From the NCBI GenBank assembly GCA_964016885.1, contig OZ024755.1, forward strand, positions 35,836,001 through 35,900,000: DNA of 64,000 bases, in the 5' to 3' direction. The notes under the pieces were generated by a model, which made no database searches, was not told the DNA's origin, and was given only the letters and a program-made list of their open reading frames with translations. How positions within the stretch are numbered: position 1 is the first letter of the stretch; each line of letters starts with the position of its first letter. Made by a program: the position numbers and the translations under genes. This DNA is from Eledone cirrhosa. Its lineage: Eukaryota. Below are positions 34,901-48,412 of this stretch, piece by piece.

Positions 34901-37900
34901 ACATTACAGTGTGGACTAGGCACTTTTTGATGTACATGACACCACATTACAGTGTGGGCTGGGCACTTTTTGACATACATGACACCACATTACAGTGTGG
35001 ACTAGGCACTTTTTGCTGTACCTGACACCACATTACAGTGTGGACTAGGCACTTTTTGCTGTACATGACACCACATTACAGTGTGGGCTGGGCACTTTTT
35101 GCTGTACATGACACCACATTACAGTGTGGACTAGACACTTTTTGCTGTACCTGACACCACATTACAGTGTGGACTAGACACTTTTTGCTGTACATGACAC
35201 CACATTACAGTGTGGACTAGACACTTTTTGCTGTACCTGACACCACATTACAGTGTGGACTAGACACTTTTTGCTGTACCTGACACCACATTACAGTGTG
35301 GACTAGACACTTTTTGCTGTACCTGACACCACATTACAGTGTGGACTAGGCACTTTTTGCTGTACATGACACCACATTACAGTGTGGGCTGGGCACTTTT
35401 TGCTGTACATGACACCACATTACAGTGTGGACTAGACACTTTTTGCTGTACATGACACCACATTACAGTGTGGACTAGACACTTTTTGCTGTACATGACA
35501 CCACATTACAGTGTGGACTAGACACTTTTTGCTGTACCTGACACCACATTACAGTGTGGACTAGACACTTTTTGCTGTACCTGACACCACATTACAGTGT
35601 GGACTAGACACTTTTTGCTGTACATGACACCACATTACAGTGTGGACTAGACACTTTTTGCTGTACCTGACACCACATTAGTGTGGACTAGGCACTTTTT
35701 GCTGTACATGACACCACATTACAGTGTGGACTAGGCACTTTTTGCTGTACATGACACCACATTACAGTGTGGACTGGGCACTTTTTGCTGTACATGACAC
35801 CACATTACAGTGTGGACTAGGCACTTTTTGCTGTACATGACACCACATTACAGTGTGGACTAGGCACTTTTTGCTGTACGTGACACCACATTACAGTGTG
35901 GACTAGACACTTTTTGCTGTACATGACACCACATTACAGTGTGGACTAGACACTTTTTGCTGTACCTGACACCACATTACAGTGTGGACTAGACACTTTT
36001 TGCTGTACCTGACACCACATTACAGTGTGGACTAGACACTTTTTGCTGTACCTGACACCACTTTACAGTGTGGACTAGACACTTTTTGCTGTACCTGACA
36101 CCACATTACAGTGTGGACTAGACACTTTTTGCTGTACCTGACACCACATTACAGTGTGGACTAGACACTTTTTGCCGTACCTGACACCACATTACAGTGT
36201 GGACTAGACACTTTTTGCTGTACCTGACACCACATTACAGTGTGGACTAGACACTTTTTGCTGTACCTGACACCACATTACAGTGTGGACTAGACACTTT
36301 TTGCTGTACCTGACACCACATTACAGTGTGGACTAGGCACTTTTTGCTGTACATGACACCACATTACAGTGTGGACTAGGCACTTTTTGCTGTACATGAC
36401 ACCACATTACAGTGTGGACTGGGCACTTTTTGCTGTACATGACACCACATTACAGTGTGGACTAGGCACTTTTTGCTGTACATGACACCACATTATAGTG
36501 TGGACTAGGCACTTTTTGCCGTACATGACACCACATTACAGTGTGGACTAGACACTTTTTGCTGTACATGACACCACATTACAGTGTGGACTAGACACTT
36601 TTTGCTGTACATGACACCACATTACAGTGTGGACTAGACACTTTTTGACGTACATGACACCACATTACAGTGTGGACTGGGCACTTTTTGACGTACATGA
36701 CACCACATTACAGTGTGGACTAGACACTTTTTGACGTACATGACACCACATTACAGTGTGGACTAGGCACTTTTTGCTGTACATGACACCACATTACAGT
36801 GTGGACTAGACACTTTTTGCTGTACATGACACCACATTACAGTGTGGACTGGGCACTTTTTGCTGTACATGACACCACATTACACTGTGGACTAGACACT
36901 TTTTGACGTACATGACACCACATTACAGTGTGGACTGGGCACTTTTTGCTGTACATGACACCACATTACAGTGTGGACTAGACACTTTTTGACGTACATG
37001 ACACCACATTACAGTGTGGACTAGGCACTTTTTGCTGTACATGACACCACATTACACTGTGGACTAGGCACTTTTTGCTGTACCTGACACCACATTACAG
37101 TGTGGACTAGACACTTTTTGCTGTACATGACACCACATTACAGTGTGGACTAGGCACTTTTTGCTGTACATGACACCACTTTACAGTGTGGACTGGGCAC
37201 TTTTTGCTGTACATGACACCACTTTACAGTGTGGACTGGGCACTTTTTGCTGTACATGACACCACTTTACAGTGTGGACTGGGCACTTTTTGACGTACAT
37301 GACACCACATTACAGTGTGGACTGGGCACTTTTTGACGTACATGACACCACATTACAGTGTGGACTAGGCACTTTTTGCTGTACATGACACCACATTACA
37401 GTGTGGACTAGACACTTTTTGCTGTACATGACACCACATTACAGTGTGGACTGGGCACTTTTTGCTGTACATGACACCACATTACACTGTGGACTAGACA
37501 CTTTTTGACGTACATGACACCACATTACAGTGTGGACTGGGCACTTTTTGCTGTACATGACACCACATTACAGTGTGGACTAGACACTTTTTGACGTACA
37601 TGACACCACATTACAGTGTGGACTAGGCACTTTTTGCTGTACATGACACCACATTACACTGTGGACTAGGCACTTTTTGCTGTACCTGACACCACATTAC
37701 AGTGTGGACTAGACACTTTTTGCTGTACATGACACCACATTACAGTGTGGACTAGGCACTTTTTGCTGTACATGACACCACTTTACAGTGTGGACTGGGC
37801 ACTTTTTGCTGTACATGACACCACTTTACAGTGTGGACTGGGTACTTTTTGCTGTACATGACACCACTTTACAGTGTGGACTGGGCACTTTTTGACGTAC

Positions 37901-38346
37901 ATGACACCACATTACAGTGTGGACTGGGCACTTTTTGACGTACATGACACCACTTTACAGTGTGGACTGGGCACTTTTTGCTGTACATGACACCACATTA
38001 CAGTGTGGACTAGGCACTTTTTGCTGTACATGACACCACATTACAGTGTGGACTAGACACTTTTTGACGTACATGACACCACATTACAGTGTGGACTAGG
38101 CACTTTTTGCTGTACATGACACCACATTACAGTGTGGACTGGGCACTTTTTGCTGTACATGACACCACATTACAGTGTGGACTAGACACTTTTTGCTGTA
38201 CCTGACACCACATTACAGTGTGGACTAGGCACTTTTTGCTGTACATGACACCACATTACAGTGTGGACTAGGCACTTTTTGCTGTACATGACACCACATT
38301 ACAGTGTGGGCTGGGCACTTTTTGCCATGACACCTACACGACCACT
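31941..38346 (-). repeat. 43-bp minisatellite (about 147 units), related to the 48-bp unit, opposite orientation
   Basis: Unit GCACTTTTTGCTGTACATGACACCACATTACAGTGTGGACTAG; both edge units are of the 48-bp type (GACACCTACATGACCAC). Confidence 0.95.
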
Positions 38347-39219
38347 CTTTATGAATGAATAGTTCTCAAAGGAAATGGGGACCAATAACATGAATAAATA
38401 CTGATCATTCATATAATCATGCTTTTAGGATTTGAAACTTAACTGGATTCTTTCATTTAAATTTATTTTTCTCTAAATACAGAACATCTCTTTATTGCAG
38501 AACATATCTTTATTGCAACTGAGAGTGCAATCAGTAGATACATACAAGTTTTATAGTTTCTACTTTATTACCAACCTATCTGGAATTCGAACTCTCTTCT
38601 ACGATCAATAAAATCAGCACTAGTGAGATATTAAAGTTGATTTAATTAACTATAACATCCTCCTCCTTTAAAAACAACGTCACATCTAAGCAAAATAAAT
38701 TATTTTTCCTTGCCTAATTAACAGTTTTAATGGAACGGTAACACTGGTCTTTTTACTGACATCATATAGCTCTAATAAGCTAAAGATGTCTTGATTTTAT
38801 GTGCAGACATAGGCTCCCCTTTTCCTTCCTCAATCAAATTCTTTGACAATGTCTTTGATTATTATCTGCCTGTTTAATGAATCATTATAACCTATAATTC
38901 AACTTGACTTTTCAATCTTGTCAATAAATCTGCTACTTCTCTTAAAATCAATTGATCCAGTAAACTTTTAAGAGCAATATTTGCCAAACACAAAATTTGT
39001 TTCATCTCACTAATTAAGCCAAAGGATTAATAATATTTCATAACTTTCCAAAACGAAGACCTGTAGATATTTATTATAATTGCAGTATTTTGTGGCAATA
39101 CGAAAAGTTTGAAAGTCAGTTACATAGATTTAATGCATTTATTTAGATGTTAAGTTTATAAAAACAAATAATTAGATTTTTATATAAAAATCGTACTTTT
39201 AATGAATTACAAGTCAGTT

Positions 39220-39278
<59 letters not shown>

Positions 39279-39785
39279 CAAGTCAGTTTGTTATATATAT
39301 ATATATATATACATATATATAATTACAAGTTAGTTTGTTATTTTATTTTATATATATATATTTTTTTTTATTTTTATTTGCTTTGCTAAAGTGACAACTC
39401 TATTTTTAAACACATAAATCAATAAATGAATAAATAAAATAAAATAAAATTCCTGCCTTTGAAATAATTAGAAGTAACTAATGATATAGAACTTATTAAT
39501 TTGTATCTAAATTGTATGATATACGTGACAGAATTGCAACACTGTAAATCAATGAAGTGTGAACAGTAAATTGTGTCAGAGAGAGTGATCAGGTTGAACT
39601 ATATGGTTAGTTGTAATGTCCATAGGAATGTGCCTCTAAGATAAACTACATCTCCTTTAAATATAGCCAAGTTATGGTGACTCAGTATATCCCCTTCTGT
39701 GATACTGTATGTTAGTAAAGAAGAATGAGAAGAAAGGAAAATGGAAACTAAAAGGGTTCTAAAGTAATGTTGATTTTTAAATAAA

Positions 39786-39975
39786 TAATTGTTTCTACGT
39801 TAGGCACAAGGCCAGCAATTACTCAGTGTATTACTGGTACTTTATTTTATCGACCCCGTAAGGATGAAAGGCAAAGTTAACCTCGGCGGGATTTGAACTC
39901 AGAATGGCAAGGGCCGTAACTCTATGCGTCAAAGCATGGCGTCCGACCCTCTACCGATACTGCCAATCCACTGCC
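39786..39975 (-). mobile_element. ~190-bp tRNA-derived SINE
   Basis: Homologous to 9025-9211; AAATAAATAAT on both flanks. Confidence 0.8.
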
Positions 39976-40386
39976 TTTTTAAATAAATAATAATAATGAA
40001 ATTATTGTGTAAAGTGCTCAGGTGCACTACAACTCGTCAATATAGTGCATAGAATAATACACAAATGTCAGGGAAGTACATGTGTGTATGTGTTAGCTGT
40101 TCTGTTGGCGGATCTCGGGAAGCATGGAGGCCTTAAAGGATGCAGTGTCTCGACAGCTAACAACTGATGCAGGTAGTTTGTTCCATGCTTTTTGGGGAAT
40201 AACTTGAAAATATAATTAAAGCTGTTAAAATAAACTGGTGTTAAAATAAACTATAAATAGGAATACACAATGTTTGTCCAACCCTTACAAGCAGGGAAAA
40301 GTGGACGTAAAATGATGATGATGATGATGATGATGAAGTCACAAGTATGAAAATACACTCTTGACAGAGGCAATGCCGAAATGTTT

Positions 40387-40553
40387 CCATTAGCATTTAA
40401 ACCGGCCATATCCGGCCAGAATTCACTCACCTCTTTCTTAACATCAGTATGAGTGGCCATAACTGGCCACTCATACTGATGTTAAGATATTGTTCTCCAA
40501 AATAAATAATATCAAAATCTAATAGATTCGATATTATGTGAGATAATTATGTA
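40387..40553 (-). mobile_element. Partial TTAA-MITE copy carrying a perfect 24-bp inverted repeat
   Basis: Homologous to 4821-4970; hairpin at 40436-40487. Confidence 0.75.
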
Positions 40554-40691
40554 ATATGTGTAAATATGAAAATACACTCTTGACAGGTGCAATGTGTCCG
40601 AAGACAGAAGAACCGAACTCCCACCATCATCGCCCCCATCTCTCTCGCCCTCCCCATCTCTCTGTATAGTGAGAAAATGGGGTCCCACATG

Positions 40692-40993
40692 CTAGCCGTC
40701 CCACAGCCCTGGCAGACAGAATGCCGAAGGTGTTCCCCAGAGGATGGTAAGGGAGATGTGCTGGAAGAGCCATTCCATCTGGCGAGGCTCACACCGGCGG
40801 CTGGCCAGCTCTGCGCCTATGGTGGTGAGTAGGGAGGTAGCCCTAGGGCCAAGGACACCAGAAGTCTCTACTGCTACAGCTGGCCAGCTCCGCACCTATG
40901 GTGGTGAGTAGGGAAGTAGCCCTGGGTCCAAGGACACCAGAAGTCTCTACTGCTACAGCTGGCCATCTCCGCACCTATGGTGGTGAGTAGGGA
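40692..40993 (-). pseudogene. C-terminal fragment of a CRE-like (restriction-like endonuclease) non-LTR retrotransposon with a 79-bp tandem repeat
   Basis: PAVAVETSGVLGPRATSLLTTIG..EPRQMEWLFQHISLTI resembles the AVETxGxxG...FQRIS..I.RGN terminus of CRE-clade ORFs; recognised by eye. Confidence 0.6.
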
Positions 40994-41044
40994 ATTAAAT
41001 ACAATTAAATATTGAAGGTATTTGCAATGATGATAATAATACGA

Positions 41045-42230
41045 TAATAATGAAATGATTGTGTACAGTGCTCAGGTGCACTACAACTCATCAAAGGTGC
41101 ATGTATAGTACATAGAATAATGTACAACTGTCAGGGAAGTGAACAGTTTATGAGTCATGAAATACATGTGTGTGTGTGTATGGAGGGGGGACAACAGGTG
41201 TAGTGTTGGCGAATTTCAGGAAGCATGGAGGTTTTAAAGAATGCAGTGTCTCGACAGCTAACAACTGATGTAGGTAGTTTGTTCCATGGAGGTTTTAAAG
41301 GATGCAGTGTCTCGACAGCTAACAACTGATGCAGGTAGTTTGTTCCATGGAGTTTTAAAGGATGCAATGTCTCGACAGCTAACAACTGATGTAGGTAGTT
41401 TGTTCCATGGAGGTTTTAAAGGATACAGTGTCTCGACAGCTAACAACCAGTGCAGGTAGTTTGTTCCATGGAGGTTTTAAAGGATGCAGTGTCTCAGCAA
41501 CTAACAACTGATGCAGGTAGTTTGTTCCATGGAGGTTTTAACCCTTTAATGTTCAAACCGGCCAAAACCGGCCAGAATTCTCTACCTCTTTCTGTTGAAA
41601 CTGGCAGCAACCGGTCGCTCAAACTGATGTTAAGGAATTGTTTTCAAAATAAATACTTTCAAAATCTCATCGATTCGAAAGCCTTTACCATGAAAATATA
41701 ATAGTATATATAGAGTAATGTGAATACTAAAGGGTTAAAAGATGCACTGTCTCAGCAGCTAACAACTGATGCAGGTAGTTTGTTCCATGCTTCAGCAACT
41801 CTGAGTGTGAAAAAAAGTAATGGGAGCTGTGCTGTTTTCTGACTTTGTAGACATGCCCATGTGTGTTAAACACATGGAATTCAAAAAGGTGCTCAGGGTT
41901 GTTGTTGGAAAGATGGTTAATAATTTTGTGGGTGTTTACCAAGTCAGTTGAATGATGTCGGATCTTCAATGTATCCATGCCCAGGGAAGCAAGGCATTCA
42001 GAGTATGGTAGATGCCTGATGGAGGGTATTCGCTTGGTTGCACATCTCTGAACAGTTTCCAGGAGGTCAATGTTCTGAGCAAGATAGGGGTTCCAGACTG
42101 GTGATGCAAATTCTAAGTGTGGCCGCACCATAGCTATATACAGCTTTAAATAGATAGTTGGAGAGCAGCTGACAAAGGTCTTGCGGAGTGATGCTAAACA
42201 CCCTCAGCCTTCTTGACAAATTGTGTACAG
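41045..42230 (-). mobile_element. CR1-clade LINE 3' fragment with internal 61-bp tandem repeat and MITE insertion
   Basis: VRPHLEFASPVWNPY..LETVQR.ATK.IP and WNKLPASVV..FK are typical CR1 ORF2 C-terminal motifs; further 3'-end copies at about 39985-40190 and 42225-42410. Confidence 0.85.
41542..41734 (-). mobile_element. piggyBac-like MITE, complete, with TTAA target duplication
   Basis: TTAA(41538-41541)|CCCTTTA...TAAAGGG|TTAA(41735-41738); neighbouring 61-bp units show the empty site GGAGGTTTTAAAGGATGCA. Confidence 0.9.
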
Positions 42231-42475
42231 TACTCAGCTGCATTACAACTCATGAAAGGTGCATGTATATAGTAAAAAGAATAATGTACAACTGTCAGGA
42301 AAGTGAACAGGAAAGTCATGATATACATGTGTGTGTGTGTGTGTGTATGATGGAGGAATATCAGGTGTAGTGTTGGTGAAATTCAGGAAGCATGGAGGTT
42401 TTAAAGGATGATGTACAAAAGATAGCTTTGGTGGTTTCAGTATATGACTTGAAGAGATACAGTTACATGTGGTCT

Positions 42476-42501
42476 TACTAATTACTGCTGCTGCTACTAC
42501 C

Positions 42502-42534
<33 letters not shown>

Positions 42535-42862
42535 ACTATTACTACTGGTGACACTGCTACTGCTGCTACTACTACTGCTGCTGCTATTACTACTACTACT
42601 ACTACTACTACTGCTGCTGCTACTACTACTGCTACTACTACTACAGCTGCTGCTGCTGCTGTTACTACAACTGCTACTAGTATTACTAGTACTACTACTA
42701 CCACAACAACTACTACTAATACTAGTACTACCACCACTACAACAACTACTACTAATACTGGTATTACTACCACCACCACTACAACTACCACCACTACTAC
42801 TACTACTATTACTACTACCACCAACTACAACAATACTAATAATAATAATACTACTACTAACA
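42476..42862. repeat. Compound trinucleotide microsatellite (ACT/GCT/ACC/AAT)n
   Basis: Read directly. Confidence 0.9.
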
Positions 42863-43496
42863 ATATGGAGAAGTTTGTACTGATAGTTTTAAAAAGCAAC
42901 CAACTGATGTAAATGTGCAGCTGAATACAAAGTATCTGTGAATCCTGTAATTAAATTGTAGTCAGAATTTCATATATATTGTTTACATAGTCGTAATCAG
43001 AGGATTTATGGATAAACAGTTTCAAACTGGATTCTGTATTATCAGACATGATTCTTGGTGAGAATCTTAGCTGATACATATTCACCTCACGTTCTCCAAT
43101 ACCATAAGAACTAAGCTACAAGGAAATTATGCCATTGTGACAAGAAGACTGTGAAACTAGATCTATTACTCTTAAATATTGATTTTATTCTTCAATATAG
43201 TAAAGAATAGAAAAAGCAAAGATACAAAGGGAAATATTTTTAATCCTGAAATTTTACGATAAAAGTAGAACAATTTAAAATAATTAAAATAATAATATTA
43301 ATAAAATAAAACCATAGTGGGAAGTAACCAATTGAAAGGTTAATATTTTAAATGTTAAAAGGGACCAAATGTGGGTGGTGGCTGAGAATTTAAAAAGCAG
43401 AAGTAAAGATCCTAGGGAGATTAGTAAAACATCCAGATAAACAGAAATTCTGTTGACGGAGATAGACCGATAATTTATTCTTGATAATGTAAGTTT

Positions 43497-43813
43497 ACAT
43501 TATAAAGAATACACTGAGGATGAAAAACTCAGAGCTGTACGGGAGCCTCGCAAAAGTCAGCTCAAAAGTGACACAGAGGAGAATGAGGTTAGCTGGACAT
43601 GCTCACCGACATCCAGAGTTGACATTGCACTCAGTGCTCCTGTGGGAGCCCCTACATGGACACACTGGAAGAGGAAGACCAAGGTTAACGTATGTTGATG
43701 CCCTAAGGACAGACACTGGTCTGTTGGAGATGCAGGACATGGCAGCGATAATGAGGGACAGAGACCGCTGGAGAGAACTCGTCCATGAATCTCGGGAATT
43801 TTACCCGCCCTAG
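43497..43813 (+). mobile_element. RTE-clade 3' fragment (second family)
   Basis: RRMRLAGH..R..LLWEP.HG..GRGRPRLTYVD; AATGTAAGTTT direct repeat at 43486 and 43814. Confidence 0.75.
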
Positions 43814-43937
43814 AATGTAAGTTTGAAGTAGATGAAAAATATTTAAGGGGGCAATGTATTTGTTATATAAGAATGGAGAGATGCTGTGCTGAATAAGACT
43901 CGTCCCACCCTTGCAAGCAGGGAAAAGTGGACCATAT

Positions 43938-44135
43938 CTTTCTTGGAGCAGTTTGGTGTTCCAAATCCGTGTTCATCCTCAAACTGCTCATTTCCTTCAA
44001 ACAATCGTTTAAACCATCCATAGACACTGGCTTTGCTCATCAATTCCTCCCCATAGAACTCTCTGACATTCCATAAGCTTCTTATTTGGTTTTCTTTAAT
44101 TTAACACAAAGTTTGATGGCATAACATTGCTCCAT
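43938..44135 (-). pseudogene. mariner-type transposase N-terminal HTH remnant
   Basis: MEQCYAIKLCVKLKKT, then stop/frameshift, then YGEELMSKASVYGWFKRLFEGNEQFEDE..GTP. Confidence 0.7.
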
Positions 44136-45065
44136 GTTTCCCTGCATCTTGCCACATGTTGACAGATCAGTGAATCAGATCACAGTGATTCCACCATGTA
44201 CATCACTGTGCTTCAGCCTAGGCAGATAGGAAGTTGTTAGTTAATCACTTTATACATTATATATAAGTCTATCTCACCATGTAGTAGCATTTTAATTGAA
44301 TATTTAATACCTTTCCTGAAGCTTTCTCATTACTTACTGAACACATGTGTTTGATGGTTCAAAGATATAATGAGAATACAGGTAGCACAAAATTTGCACA
44401 AGACTAATCCAGAGCTTGTGAGTAAAGACAGATTGTAAGCAAAGTAGATTAATCGTGACTCAGAACAAAATAAGTGATTAAAATCCAGATGTGATTGGTC
44501 TTATCAACTCCAGCACATGACATAATCTTGATTCTGTTGACATGGAAACAATACAAACGAATTCATAGATGGAATGCATCTTTGCTGCAATGTGCAAGAC
44601 ACTTTATTCCACTTTGCTCCAGTTCACTCAGCTGCCAAAAATGCATGATACCTGTAATTAAAAGGGACCAGCTTTGTTACACACTGTGTCATGCTCAACC
44701 ACTTACATGTTAATTTCACAAGCAGGTAGTTCCATCAATTGAATCAACTTGAACATTCTTCTTTTTCTTCTTCTTTGCCCACTTATTCTTGAGAGGGTTG
44801 TGGGGGGCAGAGTCATCAAACACTCCCTCCAGCAGGTCCTGTCAGATGCAACTGTCTATAACTGATCCGACTGGATCCCCACGAATGACCAGCCAAGCTC
44901 ATGGATGTTATCCAACCAACTTGCTTGAGGTCTACCCCTGGGTCTCTTGCCAGTTGGTTTTGCCCGTAAAATCTGTCCATTGAAAATAATAGAGGTTCAA
45001 CACACAACACTATTTGAGGTGAGATGGAATCTTGATACCATTTTCATGACAAACCCATTAAAGCT

Positions 45066-45410
45066 GGGGTTGATAAAATTCTACAGAGATCAACTTTAAT
45101 TTACACCCTTCTTGGGTTGATAAAATTCTACAGAGATCAACTTTACTTTACATCCTTCTTGGGTTGATAAAATTCTAGAGAGATCAACTTTACTTTACAT
45201 CCTTCTTGGGTTGATAAAATTCTACAGAGATCAACTTTACTTTACATCCTTCTTGGGTTCATAAAATTCTACAGAGATCAACTTTACTTTACATCCTTCT
45301 TGGGTTGATAAAATTCTACAGAGATCAACTTTACTTTACATCCTTCTTGGGTTGATAAAATTCTACAGAGATCAACTTTACTTTACACCCTTCTTCGGTT
45401 GATAAAAGTA
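45066..45410 (+). repeat. 47-bp minisatellite (about 7 units) derived from the tRNA-SINE core
   Basis: Unit AGATCAACTTTACTTTACATCCTTCTTGGGTTGATAAAA resembles SINE AGGTTAACTTTGCCTTTCATCCTTACGGGGTCGATAAAA; followed by SINE 3' end TGCTGGCCTTGTCCCTAATTTAGAAAC. Confidence 0.8.
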
Positions 45411-46308
45411 TCAGTTAACAATTAGAGTTGATTTCACCCTCTCCTCAAACTGCTGGCCTTGTCCCTAATTTAGAAACCGGTAGAAGTAAGGAAATTTCAG
45501 CAGAATAGTGTAGGAAGAAGTACCCTAGCATTATGATCTAATCCTGTAACTAGGTTTTGTTCCGTAGTTGCAGCAACTCTTGCAGTCTTATTTCTTCTTC
45601 TCTATTAATTCCAGGAATTCTATCTACATAGCAAATCAAAATTTAATTTAGGATAGCTTCCATAGACGCAAAAGAAGCTAAAATAATGTGCATATATGAT
45701 GCATTTATGATGATTGCATGTGGCAAAATAGCAGGAGGGAATGATACCAGCATTTAACTGTTGCTTGCACAAAATAGAAAGATAACTACAGTTTGGATTT
45801 ACCAGATTTTTCAAATCTATGTAAGCTGTTGGACAAAGAAACATTGTTAAGTGTAAAACGATGTTCATTTAATTTAGTCTCCCATTTGATTAACCGAGTG
45901 GAACTGATAGAAAATACTAGCAGAAATTATTCAACAACACAGTTCTGCTGTTTGAATAATGTTTACTTTCAGTCTTACTACTTATGCAGACTCATAGAGA
46001 AGGTTAGATAAATAAATTTCCTAATTGATATGTCTACCTCAATATAGAATTGAACATGAGTTTAGATAAAGGCACGTGTAAACATGCATAAGTTATGTAA
46101 ATAAATAACTATGTATGCAATATTGGCAGACGTACTGTATTATCCACTTTTAATCAAATTTCTTACAAGAAATCCAAATATATGTCCAAGCAAAAGAGAA
46201 ACAGCCAGAGAATTCAACTATTTCCGAACTGATATATAGCTGCCAGCTACATATACAAACACACACTATCTTACATTACACTTTATATGTGTGTGGCTGT
46301 TACAGACA

Positions 46309-46341
<33 letters not shown>

Positions 46342-46518
46342 TCCGCTCACACACACAAGCATCTGCTCACATATACACAGGCCTTTCTTTCAACTATAGA
46401 TGTGTATAGTTGTTACTGCACAGCCATATTTTCTTACACACACACACGCACACACACTGATTGTTTATTTCCTTTTATACGTACATTTCAATAGTTTGTG
46501 CGCACCCTATCGTGTTAT

Positions 46519-46567
<49 letters not shown>

Positions 46568-48412
46568 TATGTGTGCATAATACACACATTCACACAGAAA
46601 TCACAACTGTAAGAAAGAGTGCCCCCAGCCTAACCTTTCCAATTCAATGATAGTTGTGGTGAGTAATAAATAAAGGAAGAACTTATGGCAAGGAAGTTAT
46701 TTGAGTAAAGTTTACTACATCTAGAGCAAGCCAGCAAGCAAACATGGTCATTTTGCAGTGACTCATCATAAATGTAAGTGATTTATCTGCATGGATAGCA
46801 TACAAGGAATTTGCACAAACATTTCTCACAGTGAACAGTGATTAAAGACAGCTCTAATTGTATAGCAACAAGTTTGGTTCAAAAGCCTTACGCTATTGTA
46901 ACTTAGCATTAAGACTACACTGAAAAATTCATAACTTCTCAGGCAAGTAAACATGTCAACTAAAAATAGGAAAATGGACAATCTGCCCATCACCGTATCA
47001 TTGGAGTTTCTGCACATAAAACTTCAAATCAACCCCTCATATATATTTTCTTTATAAGCAGCATAATTGGAGAAGAAAATTTTATATGAAAACCTTAAGC
47101 AAATAACAATGTTTGGTGGAGAATCTCAGAATTTAGGTCAACGAGAAATAGCCCGTCAAAAGAAGATGCAATAATATTTTGTGATATCGACATTAAGTGA
47201 GAAATATAATTCAGAAAAGGCAGAGGAAATTATTGTAAAGAAAAGAAAGATAGACAAAGATATTGAATAAAAGATACATGTAACAAGAGATCATCATTAT
47301 CGTCACTGTTGTCCTTCCATCATTGACTTTATCACAAAATGATGAACATTAAACAATAAATCCAGCAAAAGTGAAAGATCCACATTAAGTAAAATATGTA
47401 TTACATATTGTGGGGTATAGAAGGGGATGTTTTCAATACACAGGTAGTAGCTCCATCATATAATGTTGTTAGGAGAACATGGAGAAGAATATGGCATACA
47501 GAGAGTATCATAAATGTACCATAATGGTCCACATGAAAAAGGCTCCATCTTATGTACGTATATATATATGCCGGGTGTGTTGAGTGGCTATACACATGTC
47601 AGTGAAGATGGTAGTCATAATAAGCTATAGCAAATATCAAATGTATTTAAAAAGTAATCCTTTATGAAAGTGTCTTTTGCAATGTTCATGCTGAATGATT
47701 TTTTTTCATATCTAGCCATATATTAACTTCTTGCTTCTCTTTGTATGCATGTTAGTGCATGTTCATATCTACATGTACTCATTAAATGAGTTGATTTCTG
47801 AGAGTAAAAAAAAAAAAGAATCTATTATATAAGTAAATACATAACAAAATCATGGGCAAAAGAGTAGCATGAAAATGAATCTGAAAGCAGTAAAATATCA
47901 ATGGTTTGATAGAAGGTATGTCTATAATTGAAATAGCAATATACAAGAAAATTTCAGCCGATATAGCTTGAAGCTGATGTTTTTATTTTTTTTTATTTTT
48001 TATTTTTTATTTTTTATTTTTTATTTTTTATTTTTAATATTATTTTCAGTAGTGCAGTAGCAATCAGAATATGGTCCTAAACCAAAAAGAAAGGTAAGAA
48101 AAAAAAATAGTATTAAACAGAATATAGTTTTTATGACAGCTACAAGTTGTGGAGATATTTTGTTTTTTTTGTGGCAGGTTTTATTGCTGGCAAAAATGGA
48201 TCCAGGGGATAAAAAGCAGGTATAGAATGGAGAAATAGTAAAATGTACTAAATACTTCTTAAGTGATTCTTTGCTTCTACAGGTATAGTTCGTACATTTG
48301 TAGATTTGATTTCTAACATTTGTTTTATATAAGCAGTCTTACGTGAACAGACTGTATACAGTTGGATTGATATGATACAAGATTAACAATCAAGAAGTTA
48401 ACAGTTCACATC

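Noticed and set aside
42243-42912. Mucin-like poly-Thr/Ala ORF and its poly-Val/poly-Leu counterparts
   Set aside because: Trinucleotide microsatellite, open in several frames; no exon evidence
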